Assembly: GCA_964510585.1 (NCBI GenBank)
Contig: CAZECW010000195.1
Span: forward strand, 1-26,188
Length of the DNA: 26,188 nt
Source: an uncultured archaeon
GTDB lineage: Archaea; Asgardarchaeota; Jordiarchaeia; Jordiarchaeales; Jordiarchaeaceae
Direction of reading: 5' to 3'
A model generated the notes under the pieces. The model searched no databases. It saw only the letters and a list, made by a program, of their open reading frames with translations, and was not told the origin of the DNA. Below are positions 17,112 through 26,052 of this stretch, one piece after another. The position numbers and the translations under genes are program-made. Numbering within the stretch: the stretch's first letter is position 1; each line of letters starts with the position of its first letter.

Positions 17112-18197
17112 ATGAAAAAGTTGTCTTCGATGCTTAGTGGTAAAGGAATAGCAATAATCCTAATTGCACTATTGGCAGGAGTAGGCGTAGGCACCTTCAT
17201 TATTTCTCCAGTTGTGACCAGTGGCCAACAACAGCAACAAAACCTAGTTTTGATTTATACTTTTGGTCAAGCATCAGGCTCACTATATATTCCCGGGTCA
17301 ACAACAGTGCTCCCAATAACAGTTGAGATGGCCCCCGCCTTCACAGCACGGAATCCATTCATAACAATTCAAGCAGCGGGAGGAGGCTCAGGTGCAGGAT
17401 ACAGTGCCATAATTAACCAACAAACAGACATTGCAGCAGCTTCAAGAGAACCCAAGACTTCAGAAATTTCAAGTGCCACAGCAGCTGGTGTAAAACTCAT
17501 AACATGGATTATTGGCGCAGACGCAATAGTTGTAATATATAACAGTCAGGGACTGGGAGTGGGTGAAGTGAACTTAACCAGAGCACAGGTAGGCGAGATA
17601 TTTAATGCCTCAGCAAAAGGAACCGGGCCGGTCTATTGGGATCAATATGTGCCAGGGGCTCCTCATCAACCCATTACCGTCTTCATCAGGGAGGATGGTT
17701 CCGGTACAAGAGGAGATTTTGAGAGCGATTTCCAAGTGGATAAAACTGGTACATGGCCTGGGGTCACCAAAGTAACTTCAAATGGTCTAATGATTTCCAG
17801 TGTTAAAAGTCAGCAGTATTCTATGGGATACGTCGCCCTATCCTATTACACAGCGGAAAAGGCAAACCCCTCCTCACCAATTGGAGGAGTAAACGTTGCC
17901 TACAATTCTTCCTATAGCTATGAAACTCCAGACATTAATGGTGTTATATCATGGGCAAAGGCAAAAATCACCAATCCAGGCGTGTACACTGGTGGCTATT
18001 TTGCTTGCAGATGGTTGTACTACATAACTGACGGTTTCCCGGAGCCGGGGTCTCTAATTGACAGATACTTGGGATTCGTTTACAGCAGCGCCGGTCAAGC
18101 CATAATTGACAGTGTAGGATACGTGAGCGTAGAGAGAGCAGGTCTAACTTTGGGGCTGCCCTACTGGTACTACTCCACACCCATAGTATGGAACTAA
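17112..18197 (+). CDS. pstS: Phosphate ABC transporter substrate-binding protein with N-terminal membrane anchor
   Basis: Hydrophobic N-terminus, GSTTVLP, GGGSGAG, DIAAASR, IGADAIVV, REDGSGTR, GYV and RWLYYIT. Confidence 0.95.
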   Translation: MKKLSSMLSGKGIAIILIALLAGVGVGTFIISPVVTSGQQQQQNLVLIYTFGQASGSLYIPGSTTVLPITVEMAPAFTARNPFITIQAAGGGSGAGYSAIINQQTDIAAASREPKTSEISSATAAGVKLITWIIGADAIVVIYNSQGLGVGEVNLTRAQVGEIFNASAKGTGPVYWDQYVPGAPHQPITVFIREDGSGTRGDFESDFQVDKTGTWPGVTKVTSNGLMISSVKSQQYSMGYVALSYYTAEKANPSSPIGGVNVAYNSSYSYETPDINGVISWAKAKITNPGVYTGGYFACRWLYYITDGFPEPGSLIDRYLGFVYSSAGQAIIDSVGYVSVERAGLTLGLPYWYYSTPIVWN

Positions 18198-18241
18198 ATC
18201 TCTCATTCTCCACTCTCTTCCATTTTTTTGAGGCGGTGGAA

Positions 18242-19414
18242 ATGTGGTTCAAGGTTAGAAATAGAGGGAAGAGTTCTAGAATTGGTTCTGGAGGTGGCGA
18301 AGCATTGGAAACTTTTGAATATATTTTTACTGCTGAGGATTTCAAAAAATTTGGATTAAAGATTATTGGATATTTTAGGAGGGCTTTTTCGCCTGAGGGT
18401 TTAACTGCACTCTGTGCTTTTTCTAGTTTGGTGATTACTGGTCTCATATTTCTCTTTCTTTTTAGGGAAGCTATTCCCATTTTTCAAAAGATGAGCTATG
18501 GTACCAGTATGTTACACCTCTTGTATGTTTTGAATACTGATTTTGGATATGTTATTGATAGGTATGGTTTAGTGTTGTTTAGTGGTGGTAACCCTTTTGC
18601 GGGTTTTTTGAATTTTGTTTCGGGAGGCATTTGGGCTCCTAATGCTTATGAGTTTGGAATTCTGCCTCTTATTATAGGTACTTTGATTGTGGTGGGGGGA
18701 GCGGTTGTTATCGCGCTTCCAATTGGGGTTTTGTCTGCGGTGCACTTAGCGGAGTACTGCTCTCTAAGGGTTAAAAATGTGCTTAAACCTATAATCGAGC
18801 TTCTGGCTGGAATACCTTCAGTTGTTTTTGGGCTGATCGGTCTCACTCTTGTGGTGCCTTTAATACAAAAAATTTTCAACTTGGATAATGGGCGAACTGC
18901 TTTGTCTGCGGCAATAGTTCTTGCCATTATGATTCTTCCCACCATAATTAGTATTAGTGAGGATGCCATTTCCGCGGTTCCACGGGAATTTAAAGAGGCT
19001 TCATTCGCCTTGGGGGCTACACATTTCCAAACTGTTCGTAAAGTGATACTTCCGGCTGCCTCGGCAGGTATCGCCGCCGCTGTGGTTCTAGCAGTTGCCC
19101 GCGCCATAGGGGAAACAATGGCGGTTTTGATGATCGCCGGTAACTCGGCTTTCACCATGTTGTACCCTAATTATTTTCCTCTCCTTCCAGTTCTGGATAA
19201 ATTTGGTTTCTACTTAAAGGAGCTGTTTTTGGATCCAGTTATGCCAATGACTGCCACTATAGCTGCGGAAATCGGTGAGACCTCCTGGGGGAGCACCCAT
19301 TACCAAGCACTCCTGGCAATTGGATTTGTCCTATTCATAATCACTTACATTATCAACAGCATTGCTGAAATCACAATTTTGAGATTTTCTAAAAAGGTGA
19401 AAAGGAGATTCTAA
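18242..19414 (+). CDS. pstC: Phosphate ABC transporter permease PstC
   Basis: FGILPLIIGT, LAEY, KPIIELLAGIPSVVFG, ILPTIISISEDAISAVP, EASFALGAT and RAIGETMAV. Start moved from 18188 to ATG 18242. Confidence 0.95.
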   Translation: MWFKVRNRGKSSRIGSGGGEALETFEYIFTAEDFKKFGLKIIGYFRRAFSPEGLTALCAFSSLVITGLIFLFLFREAIPIFQKMSYGTSMLHLLYVLNTDFGYVIDRYGLVLFSGGNPFAGFLNFVSGGIWAPNAYEFGILPLIIGTLIVVGGAVVIALPIGVLSAVHLAEYCSLRVKNVLKPIIELLAGIPSVVFGLIGLTLVVPLIQKIFNLDNGRTALSAAIVLAIMILPTIISISEDAISAVPREFKEASFALGATHFQTVRKVILPAASAGIAAAVVLAVARAIGETMAVLMIAGNSAFTMLYPNYFPLLPVLDKFGFYLKELFLDPVMPMTATIAAEIGETSWGSTHYQALLAIGFVLFIITYIINSIAEITILRFSKKVKRRF

Positions 19415-19415
19415 A

Positions 19416-20336
19416 ATGGAGAAAGTGAGGAAAGAACTAAAAGGTATACCAATAGGAGAAGCTAAAATCAGAAAAATACTGGGAGACGTATTAATAGGCA
19501 TACCAACCTTTCTAGCCATAGTAGCCTTCTTCACAATATTAGTAACAGTGGTTTTCTACGGTTGGCCAACACTCACCTTCAATTTTCCAAGCTTCCTAAC
19601 AAGCAATCCCATACCCAACACTGATCTGAGAGTGGGGGGAATAGCACCCATGATTTTTGGAACCTTCGCCCTAGTTGTGGGAGCTATGATAATAGCAATT
19701 CCCTTGGGGGTCTTGTCATCTATTTACATGTCGGAGTACTTGGTCCAAGGAAAAGTAAAATCCTTCATAAACCAGGTAGTCAACAACTTGGCTGGAGTCC
19801 CCTCAATAGTTTTTGGACTATTCGGCCTATCCTTCCTATTACGCTACCTAAACATCGCAGACGGAGGTCCAAGTCTGGTTTCGGGCTGGATTGTACTGGG
19901 ATTCATGGCTCTCCCAATAATAATAAAATCCACTAACAACGCATTGGAAGCCGTACCCAGAGAATTCAGAGAAGCCAGCCAAGCACTGGGAGCAACCAAA
20001 TGGCAAACAATCACCACGGTAACCCTGCCCCTAGCCTCGCCCGGAATCTCCACGGGAACCATACTTGGAATAGGACGCATAGTTGGAGAAACCGCAGCCA
20101 TACTATTCATAGCCGTAGTCATCTCCCAATCAAACTACTATCCCGCAACAATATATGATCCAGTTATGGCCCTAACCTACCACATATACTACATGGCAGT
20201 TGAAAGCCCCTACGCATCACAAACCCTAGGTATCCAACACGCAACCGCCCTCGTACTTATGGCACTCGTACTCCTACTAAGCGCAGCAGCCATATATATA
20301 AGATACAGAGCCCAGCGAAGAAAAAAAGGATGGTAA
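19416..20336 (+). CDS. pstA: Phosphate ABC transporter permease PstA
   Basis: GGIAPMIFGT, NLAGVPSIVFGLFG, ALPIII, EASQALGATKWQTI and RIVGETAA. Confidence 0.95.
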   Translation: MEKVRKELKGIPIGEAKIRKILGDVLIGIPTFLAIVAFFTILVTVVFYGWPTLTFNFPSFLTSNPIPNTDLRVGGIAPMIFGTFALVVGAMIIAIPLGVLSSIYMSEYLVQGKVKSFINQVVNNLAGVPSIVFGLFGLSFLLRYLNIADGGPSLVSGWIVLGFMALPIIIKSTNNALEAVPREFREASQALGATKWQTITTVTLPLASPGISTGTILGIGRIVGETAAILFIAVVISQSNYYPATIYDPVMALTYHIYYMAVESPYASQTLGIQHATALVLMALVLLLSAAAIYIRYRAQRRKKGW

Positions 20337-20710
20337 AAAGCGTTCTCAGAGCTTTAGAGGACAAGAAATAGAAAAAGTTTAGTCATACTGACATTACGGA
20401 AGGAATAAGGGAGGGAAAATAGCCGAAATTCTCACGATTATCTAATTGATAATGATGACATCCACATTTTTAGGTTTTTATTGTAACAGATAAGTCAACT
20501 TTTTATCTGATAGGTTTTTCGAAGGTATTCTTCATTGGATTAATATGATTTGTTTCTTTTTGTTGTCTTGAAATTTTAGGAGAGGTTTTTATACTTCATA
20601 ATGTAATTTTTAACCAGTTTAAACTACAGGAGTTGCCTGGCTGAAGGCCGGATTAATTTTTAGGGTTTAAGTGATGTTTATTTCATCCGTTTTATGGTGG
20701 TGCATTTTTG

Positions 20711-21103
20711 ATGGGTGTAATTGAGAAGGTTGGAGATGTTTTGAAGAAAGACTGCAATGTTGTTTTCGCCTATGTTTACGGCTCCTATGCCAGAGGGACG
20801 GCTGGCAGATTCAGCGACTTGGATATTGCTGTTTTTCTGCGTGAGAGTGGACATGAGAGGTACATGGATTTGCTATCAGAGTTGCCAGTAGATATAGGTG
20901 TGGAGGTTGATGTTAGAGTTTTGAATGATGCTCCACCCATCTTCAGATATAATGTTATTAGGGAAGGAAAATTGTTGTTTGTTAAGGATAAGGTGGTTCA
21001 CGAAGAGTTTGTTTACAGCACCCTAGTATCGGCGCTGGAATTGAGAGAGACTCTTGGCAGCATGAGGAAGGAGAGATTGAGGAGGGTTCTTGATGCTTTT
21101 TGA
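20711..21103 (+). CDS. mntA: Minimal nucleotidyltransferase antitoxin (MntA-type)
   Basis: VFAYVYGSYARGTAGRFSDLD is GSX10DXD; also VDVRVLNDAPP and VIREGKLLF. Overlaps the HEPN gene. Confidence 0.9.
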   Translation: MGVIEKVGDVLKKDCNVVFAYVYGSYARGTAGRFSDLDIAVFLRESGHERYMDLLSELPVDIGVEVDVRVLNDAPPIFRYNVIREGKLLFVKDKVVHEEFVYSTLVSALELRETLGSMRKERLRRVLDAF

Positions 21104-21512
21104 GACGGTTAGCAGTGCCATTAAGGTTTTAGAAGATCTAAAGATGAGGAGTGTAAAGGAAGTAGAAGAAGACTCAACCTTGCTTGGAGGAGTTCTATGG
21201 CACCTCTACCTTGCAGTGCAAGGCTGCATAGACATAGCCCTCAAAACCATCTCGAAACTATCTCTTAGAACGCCGGAAAGTTATGCGGATGCATTTATGG
21301 TTCTCAATGAAGAGAAGCTGATACCAGAAGAGTTGGCCAAGAAACTTGTTGCCATGGCACGTTTCAGACATGTTTTAGCACATGTGTACACAAAGATTGA
21401 TTTAGACCGAGTATACGCCATATTGCATAACAACCTAGCGGACATAAAAGAGTTCTTGAAAGTTTTAGCCATAAAACTCCAAGAAAAGAAAATAGATGTA
21501 AGCGAAATCTAG
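21093..21512 (+). CDS. hepT: HepT/DUF86 HEPN ribonuclease toxin
   Basis: LAVQGCIDIA, PESYADAF and FRHVLAHVY (RX4HXY motif). Confidence 0.9.
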   Translation: MLFETVSSAIKVLEDLKMRSVKEVEEDSTLLGGVLWHLYLAVQGCIDIALKTISKLSLRTPESYADAFMVLNEEKLIPEELAKKLVAMARFRHVLAHVYTKIDLDRVYAILHNNLADIKEFLKVLAIKLQEKKIDVSEI

Positions 21513-21527
21513 CCATGTGTTTATGTT

Positions 21528-21968
21528 TTAGGGTTTTTGTTTTTTCCACCATCTATAAATTGCTTTGCAAATCTTTAGAGTGTATTCAGCGTTTACTATT
21601 CCTTCTTCTGCGTCCTTTCTTGTGTATAGTTGTTCTGGAGGCTTAAGTGTAGCTTCGTCTCCGTAAAATGCGGGGCCACGTTTTAGAACCAAGTTCAGGC
21701 TTATTCGCTTTATTTCGGGTAACACGTTCAGGATTTCCTGTGGGGGATTCAAGTTTTTGAGTGCTGCTTCAAAAAATTCTCCTACCTCATGTTTCTTTGG
21801 GTAGTCCAGTCCAAGCAACCTTAGGGTGGCTTTCAAGGCTAGCTCCACAGATTCTTGAGCTCTTCTCACGGCTCTGTGGTGGAGCCCCTGTTTTAACGCG
21901 TTTTTAGCCTCTCGTAAAGTGTACTCGCTATCCCTGAAGTAAGCTTTAGACATTTCTTCGGTGTTCAT
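21528..21968 (-). CDS. HEPN domain protein (archaeal MNT-associated class)
   Basis: AVRRAQESVELALKATL, YPKKHEV, RGPAFYGDE and YTRKDAEE. No RX4H motif. Confidence 0.88.
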   Translation of the reverse strand: MNTEEMSKAYFRDSEYTLREAKNALKQGLHHRAVRRAQESVELALKATLRLLGLDYPKKHEVGEFFEAALKNLNPPQEILNVLPEIKRISLNLVLKRGPAFYGDEATLKPPEQLYTRKDAEEGIVNAEYTLKICKAIYRWWKKQKP

Positions 21969-22537
21969 ATTTCTAGAATCTCTCCCCTTTTAATTGTAGG
22001 TTTAAGAATCCAGTACCAGGTGCCATCCGGGAGGTAAACTTTTTTAGAGCCTAGTTCTCGAAGGCTTTTCTCCAACTTTTTTAGCACGTTTTCCATAAAG
22101 CCGTTTCTGTCAAGTATTAGGACTCCATCTTCAATCATGTCGAGGTAGATTGGACGGTTTTTCTCTGCTTCTTCTGGGCGTAGAGGGTGGAACTGTATCC
22201 AAGTATGCCCCCCCGGAGGTTTCTTCTCCTCATCCCATAGTTGAAGTATGATATCTACAAGTTTGTCTGTTCTACACATGGATTTCTCAAATTCTTCACA
22301 TACTAAGAGAACGTCTATGTCGCTACCTTCCTTTGCTTTCCCACGGGCCACGGAACCGAAAATAACAATTGAAACAAGTTTCTCCCCAAACCTCGCAATC
22401 AAAAGCTCGGAGAGTCTCCGAACTATCCATCGATACTCCTCTTGGGGAATGGCCTCAATCCCATATTTCAACCAAAACCACCTATAATATCCGAAAAACT
22501 TGGCTCTAAAAAACTTGTCGACATCACAATATAACAA
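21965..22537 (-). CDS. Minimal nucleotidyltransferase (MNT) domain protein
   Basis: LVSIVIFGSVARGKAKEGSDIDVLLV (GSX10DXD), IYLDMIEDGVLILDR and YWILKP. 4-bp overlap with HEPN. True start probably downstream of 22537. Confidence 0.88.
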   Translation of the reverse strand: MLYCDVDKFFRAKFFGYYRWFWLKYGIEAIPQEEYRWIVRRLSELLIARFGEKLVSIVIFGSVARGKAKEGSDIDVLLVCEEFEKSMCRTDKLVDIILQLWDEEKKPPGGHTWIQFHPLRPEEAEKNRPIYLDMIEDGVLILDRNGFMENVLKKLEKSLRELGSKKVYLPDGTWYWILKPTIKRGEILEI

Positions 22538-22624
22538 AAGGATCCCTGAATTCTATTTTGGATATTGGGTGTGGGCAGAGCCTGGGTTAGTGTGAAATAT
22601 TTTGGGTTGCTATTACCTTTGCGA

Positions 22625-24046
22625 TTATTGGTGGGTTTTTATGTTACTTGGAGGTGGTCTAGTGACGAGTTTCTCTATGTCTTCTAAGTCGTATGCGGAG
22701 TGGTTTGTGTTTTGGAGTTGGCCTTTGTCTTGTATCTTTTTGGCAATTAGGATGTAGTGTTTCTTTTTTGTGGATTCTATTTTTTCGGCTTTAGCCTCTA
22801 GCTTCTCTAGGATTAACCCTGCTTCTTTTTGTGATAGGTTTGACCAGCTAACTTCTGCCGTGATTAATTTGTTGTTGCTGGCTACTATGTCTATTTCTGT
22901 TTCTTTGTGCCACCATCTGCCCACCTCAAGAAGTGGCTTTTTGATGAGGCTTCTGAGAATGTATTTTCTGCAAATATTTTCGAAAGCTTCTCCGAGGTAG
23001 TTGTTAAACTCTTTTTTGAACTTGGGCATGAATGATTTTAGATCTCCGCTTTCAAGAATTCCTCTATTGGGGTATACAAAGCGGAACCAGAACCTGAAAT
23101 AGTTGTCTGTTATGGTGTATCTTCCTTTTTTTATTCTTGTTTTAGCTTTTATGCTGGAGAACGTGGGTAGTTCTCTCTCTACTATGTTTAGATTCTGGAG
23201 GACTGATAGGTATTTTGATACCAAGCTTTTATCCAGCTCTGTTTCGTTCACTATTTCACCAAAGGATTCCTTTCCTGCTGCTATGGCTCTCAGGATGGTG
23301 AAGTAGTTCGCGGGTTTCCTCAACTCTTGCTTTAGGAGAATTTCAGCCTCCTCGTAAAGATAGCCTCCCTTGGAAAAAATGTTCTCAACAAGGTTTTCTT
23401 CAAATGTTTTCTTAGAGTCAAAGCTTGCGAGGTAGCTTGGCACACCTCCAACCACACTGTAAACCTTAACTAGATCCTCAGTGTCATAATTCGGAAAAAA
23501 TTCACCCACACTAAAGAAGCCCATTTCACGAAGCATCCATTGACCGGTTCTCCTACCGTAAAGGGGACTCCTATAGCCCAGAACTTCTGTTTCCATCATT
23601 CCAATACTTGAACCACACAGAACCAGAAACACATCCCTACGTTTTGACAAAAAGGTATCCCACAATCTCTGGAATATGGAAACCACAGGCTTATAACCCT
23701 CAATGAGAACCGGAAACTCGTCAATAATCAAAACAAGCCTCTCAGGCCCCTTACGCTGAAAAAACTCCCTGAACAGGGTCTCAAAATCTCTTATGTCAGC
23801 AAGCCTGAATAGTTCATCCCCCAAGTAGCCAGCAAAAAGCATTTTCAGATCTCTAACAGAATCCAAAAGCGGCTTCTCGGTGGCCAAAAAGTATATGTGA
23901 GGCTTGTTTTGAGCGAAACGCAGAAGAAGAGCTGTTTTTCCTATCCTTCTCCTTCCATAAATCACAAGAAGCTCCGGCTCACCTGAAGCGTATCTCTCCT
24001 CCAGAAATTTTAGTTCCCTATCCCTATCAACAAAAAGTTGAAACAT
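22625..24046 (-). CDS. Archaeal AAA+ ATPase (ATPase_2) with wHTH and DUF234/PD-(D/E)xK C-terminus
   Basis: FVDRDRELKFL, Walker A YGRRRIGKT, Walker B LIIDEFP, LCGSS, SPLYGRRT, GGVPSYL, DNYFRFWFRF, GEAFE and GRWWHKETEIDIV...AEV. Start moved to ATG 24046. Confidence 0.92.
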   Translation of the reverse strand: MFQLFVDRDRELKFLEERYASGEPELLVIYGRRRIGKTALLLRFAQNKPHIYFLATEKPLLDSVRDLKMLFAGYLGDELFRLADIRDFETLFREFFQRKGPERLVLIIDEFPVLIEGYKPVVSIFQRLWDTFLSKRRDVFLVLCGSSIGMMETEVLGYRSPLYGRRTGQWMLREMGFFSVGEFFPNYDTEDLVKVYSVVGGVPSYLASFDSKKTFEENLVENIFSKGGYLYEEAEILLKQELRKPANYFTILRAIAAGKESFGEIVNETELDKSLVSKYLSVLQNLNIVERELPTFSSIKAKTRIKKGRYTITDNYFRFWFRFVYPNRGILESGDLKSFMPKFKKEFNNYLGEAFENICRKYILRSLIKKPLLEVGRWWHKETEIDIVASNNKLITAEVSWSNLSQKEAGLILEKLEAKAEKIESTKKKHYILIAKKIQDKGQLQNTNHSAYDLEDIEKLVTRPPPSNIKTHQ

Positions 24047-24197
24047 GAGTATAATACTCAAGTTTCAACAAATAAACCTTTCCAAAACTAAACCAACAGC
24101 TCTAACACTTGTTTTTCACTACCCATCAATAGTTAAACATCTATCCTTTTCATACTGCTCGTTGCCCACAACCTTACGGCCGGAAAAAAGCTGAGAG

Positions 24198-24968
24198 TTA
24201 AATAATGTATATTCGTGATATGCAGTATGGTTCGTAGAGTGGTTCCAGTCGGTCGTAGTCCCAGAGATAGTTTGTGAACATGCCCAAGTACTGGCAGACA
24301 GTTGCTACTGGCACACACCTCAGCCTGCCGTCCGGTCGTTTCAAAAGGTTTTCATTGTATGCTTTGAGGCAGCCGTCTCTGTAGGGACATTTTGGGAATA
24401 CAATGTCTACACTTCCATCGTTATTTTTCTTGTACCCCACTTCTGAGGGACAAAATTTTATGGCCGTAGCAGCATCCCGAATATTCCTCAAAAGCTGGTC
24501 GATTTCGAACTCTTGCTCTTCGCCCTCGGTGGTTCTATCAATTTTTAAACCTTTGGCAAAGGATCTTGCCTCAATGGTCGTGCCTGCTCCGGTCTGTCCC
24601 TGAAACTCGTTTTCAGTTTTGGGTTGAGAATAGGGTATCGCTGCATAGGGAGTAGGATATTTGTCAGAAATAGACACCAAATATTCCAGTAGCTGATCCA
24701 ATGTTTTAATGTCTTCAGGTGGAGGTTCACTGATTTTTTGAGATATGAACTCTAGTGTACACCTCACGAATTTTTCTGTGAATACCGGCCCGTATATTTT
24801 CGCCTCTTCCTCTATTCCTCTTAGTAGAAACTCTGTAGAGGTGCGAACGTCAGGCAAGTCATAAGGGGCCTTCTCAAACATTGTAAAATCAGACAAGTCA
24901 GGCGTTTCAACGATTTCCCTTTTTTGAATAATATATTTTTCATTGCTGCATGAGTTGTCCATTATCAA
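24198..24968 (-). CDS. Hypothetical protein with Cys-rich C-terminal domain (V4R/methanogen-output-domain-like)
   Basis: Long ORF with protein-like composition; C-terminal FPKCPYRDGC...RCV...VCQY...PYC. Domain assignment is a weak inference. Confidence 0.55.
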   Translation of the reverse strand: MIMDNSCSNEKYIIQKREIVETPDLSDFTMFEKAPYDLPDVRTSTEFLLRGIEEEAKIYGPVFTEKFVRCTLEFISQKISEPPPEDIKTLDQLLEYLVSISDKYPTPYAAIPYSQPKTENEFQGQTGAGTTIEARSFAKGLKIDRTTEGEEQEFEIDQLLRNIRDAATAIKFCPSEVGYKKNNDGSVDIVFPKCPYRDGCLKAYNENLLKRPDGRLRCVPVATVCQYLGMFTNYLWDYDRLEPLYEPYCISRIYII

Positions 24969-25380
24969 CCAACTCTCCTATGAATGCTTCAATCACCATT
25001 CTACACATTCTCTCAAAATTACTCAGATAAACATGAGTCGAATACCATTCCCACCAATCCCTCCGCTCATCGACCCCATTTTTGCTGGCTTCTAGTTCAA
25101 GGTCTTTAAACTCCACCTCAACCTCCCCGCACCGTTCAGCTCCATAGTTACCCACACACACCATTATTCGCTCAGGAGCCACAATAACCCCTGAAGGATC
25201 CAATGCAATCATCCCAATTCCTTCGACCTCTAGGGTAAAACTTTCCGCCCCTTCTACCATCTCCAACGCCAAATCCAAATTATTGCGAGGCACCCTACGT
25301 GAGGTGTACTCTTCTCCCCCCTTTCCAAAAAATATTTGGAAAGAGACCCTTTCAACCTTGTAGAGCAAAGCCTTTGCCAT
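24940..25380 (-). CDS. Hypothetical protein (~146 aa)
   Basis: ORF with AAGGAGT RBS before ATG 25380 (MAKALLYKVERVSFQIFF). Overlaps the next minus-strand gene. No family recognised. Confidence 0.55.
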   Translation of the reverse strand: MAKALLYKVERVSFQIFFGKGGEEYTSRRVPRNNLDLALEMVEGAESFTLEVEGIGMIALDPSGVIVAPERIMVCVGNYGAERCGEVEVEFKDLELEASKNGVDERRDWWEWYSTHVYLSNFERMCRMVIEAFIGELVDNGQLMQQ

Positions 25381-26052
25381 ACTCCTTAATGCACCTACAA
25401 GGATTTTGGGGGAAGCCTGTGGGAAACATAACCAAAACCTGTACATATCAATCAATAATTTTCTACTTTTACAATTAATAAACTCCCCTAATGGCACAAT
25501 CCCCATTCTGTACCATAGAGTCTAAGATTTATTATGTGGATTTTTTTCATTTTTCTGTTAATTGTTAATTTTGAACCTTCTCCCCCAGCTAGATCTGTTT
25601 TTTTAATCCGCATCTTTTGGGAAGCCCCACTTATTTAACCTCCAAAAAAACAGTTTGAAGGAATATTTCCCTTCCAATGTCGCCGCGAAAAGTCAAACAA
25701 AAAATATACAAAGAACAAAACCCCATTCGGGGAAATTATCGATAGATTGGACTGCTTACTTTTTTGGAAAATGTGAATCAAAGATTCTGATTTTAACTAA
25801 TTCAGGTTAAAAACTGAGAGTTTGGTGTAACCACAAGTGCAATCCGCCCATAAGGCAACCTTCAACTTCTAAAATAGAAGACTAATCAGCTATTGGTAAT
25901 TTATATTGAATTAGATTTTTAATAGTACTTGTTTTATTTTGGGGACGCTGCCCATTAAATAGGTTATGATTCACAAAAAAAAGGTGGAAGCATCACCAAG
26001 AAGTTTCTGTGTTCAGGTAGTGCTAAATAAAGACCCAAAAAAGGCTAATTAC

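Noticed and set aside
17222-17240. Poly-Gln (QQQQQ) in PstS
   Set aside because: Mixed caa/cag codons in the flexible linker after the membrane anchor; an ordinary low-complexity linker.
1123-24730. Numerous short ORFs in the track that overlap longer genes on the opposite strand or in another frame (e.g. 5758-6198, 10517-10855, 17968-18480, 18646-19158)
   Set aside because: Shadow ORFs of well-supported genes with no recognisable motifs. The A/C-rich patches also inflate stop-free alternative frames such as 12974-13255 and 6386-6736.
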